From IMG/VR virus record IMGVR_UViG_3300031951_000074, positions 1-64,000 of that record: a stretch of DNA of 64,000 nt; one strand, given 5' to 3'. The position numbers and the translations under genes are program-made. This document shows, piece after piece, positions 62,881 to 64,000 of the stretch. The stretch's first letter is position 1. Each line of letters begins with the position of its first letter. Below the pieces are notes generated by a model that saw only the letters and a list, made by a program, of their open reading frames with translations, ran no database searches and was not told where the DNA came from. The stretch is from a virus (lineage: Duplodnaviria; Caudoviricetes).

Positions 62881-63949
62881 CGTTTGTGGACTATACCTTT
62901 ATCTTACTATTATAGAACTAAAGAAGCTGTATCGTATTTTCTATCTAATCTAGTTTTTTCTGTAGAGTTAGCGTATAAAAGACTTAGTATATCTTTACTA
63001 TCGTCCAAATTAAAACGTATAGTGTATACACTACCTTTTTTATTATTTTGCAACGTTATTTTTTGTGGAATAATTCTATTTATGAGAATACCACATAACT
63101 CTACATATTCTTCTAAGAAATTTCTATTTGCAGAACACAGATGGAGAGCTACTCTTTTAGAGGCACTTTTTTCTAAGTGCCCATCTCCGTCTATATAACC
63201 GCGCATAAATTCAAGAAATAGGTGTGGTTCTTCAAACTCAGGCATTTTATAAGTAAAAGTTTTTGCTTGAGTTATATTGAATTTACTCTCTAAATCTTTT
63301 ACCATTTGTTCACTATTAAATCTAATTCTAAATGCAGTATTATTCATAAAAGGACATATATCGTGCCCAGACTCTACCGCATTTTTAAATTTTTCTAGAT
63401 GTTTATAGTCTTGCGCCTGTAGGGCCAACCCCACTCTGTTTCTTTCTTTCTCTATCCAACCATCGGCCGCTAAAAATCCGGCCCAGTAATATACTGCTTT
63501 TTCTTTACCTGAAAAATAGTACTCATTCAATGGTTTTTTCTTAGAATAGTCTAGACCCCAAGATTTCGTCCTATAATTAACCTGTCTTTCTGTCAGGTCA
63601 AAAATAGTTCCTATTTCTGAGAAAGTCTTTCCTTGTTGTCTTAGATTTAAAAATTCTTCTTTAGTCATACTATGTACCCCATATGTGGTTTTGATACAAA
63701 GTAAGATATTCGCCGTGTTATACTACTATTAAATACCTTACCAAGGTATTTAATTTTACCCCATCCAACAAAAATCTTCAAGGATAATTTTTCGTATCCC
63801 AGTCCAGTTCCGTTCTGGAGCTGCTGTGAGTCTCTGAACCATTTGAAGGCATTCCTGCCAACTCTGGCTGCTGATTGTCCTGTTTAGGCTTTCCAGCAAT
63901 TGAGCGAATTTATTACTAATTAGTCGCCTAATTAGAGGGCAAAACATTT
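62881..63949 (-). mobile_element. Group I intron (1069 nt) in the D10 helicase gene
   Basis: Exon ends in U, intron ends in G; P1 and P10 pairings; P (TGCTGGAAA), Q (AATCAGCAG), R (TCAGAGAC) and S (AAGGTATAGTCC) elements; splicing restores GWGKT. Confidence 0.9.
62910..63668 (-). CDS. Intron-encoded LAGLIDADG homing endonuclease
   Basis: YWAGFLAADG and FMRGYIDGDG motifs, N-terminal HTH-like segment. Confidence 0.92.
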   Translation of the reverse strand: MTKEEFLNLRQQGKTFSEIGTIFDLTERQVNYRTKSWGLDYSKKKPLNEYYFSGKEKAVYYWAGFLAADGWIEKERNRVGLALQAQDYKHLEKFKNAVESGHDICPFMNNTAFRIRFNSEQMVKDLESKFNITQAKTFTYKMPEFEEPHLFLEFMRGYIDGDGHLEKSASKRVALHLCSANRNFLEEYVELCGILINRIIPQKITLQNNKKGSVYTIRFNLDDSKDILSLLYANSTEKTRLDRKYDTASLVL

Positions 63950-64000
63950 ACCCCAGCCTACTAGGGCATTAATAAAGCAAGTGTCGTTTACTTCTTCGTA
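63950..64000 (-). CDS. D10: D10-like helicase, exon 1 (runs off the window)
   Basis: YEEVNDTCFINALVGWG. Confidence 0.85.

Noticed and set aside
62910-63668. LAGLIDADG ORF as an intein or free-standing endonuclease
   Set aside because: It has its own start and stop, in-frame stops separate it from the exons, and group I intron RNA elements flank it
1-64000. tRNA genes and alternative genetic code
   Set aside because: No cloverleaf recognised by eye (not a formal scan); long conserved ORFs read through normally in the standard bacterial code

Overview
This window is about half of a T5-related (Demerecviridae-like) siphophage genome, shown in the reverse orientation to the T5 map. The host is Gram-negative, since the phage encodes spanins. 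(1) 1-9100 is a pre-early/terminal-repeat-like region of small minus-strand genes (dmp, two A2 paralogues, a DEDD exonuclease, two SprT-like proteins, a PQ-loop protein). These genes sit in cassettes separated by a 13-copy element: a plus-strand sigma70-type promoter (TTGAC-N17/18-TATAAT), a GGCGC core and a long palindrome that usually abuts the stop codon of the oppositely oriented gene. (2) 9296-50121 is the plus-strand late region: terminases, nicking HNH endonuclease, portal, a protease-capsid fusion, T5-type tail tube genes, a 2705-aa tape measure protein, a non-T5 tail tip with about 18 kb of fibre/adhesin genes, a GH19 lysis cassette and PhoH. (3) 50164-53131 is a separate minus-strand operon of a Gly-zipper/coiled-coil protein, a collagen-like protein, a BclA/C1q-like protein and small fibre-domain proteins. 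(4) 53302-64000 holds minus-strand early genes (class II RNR, Pth2-like, dUTPase, D15-D11). The D10 helicase is split in its Walker A motif by a group I intron carrying a LAGLIDADG endonuclease. All family calls come from motif recognition by eye, with no database search.
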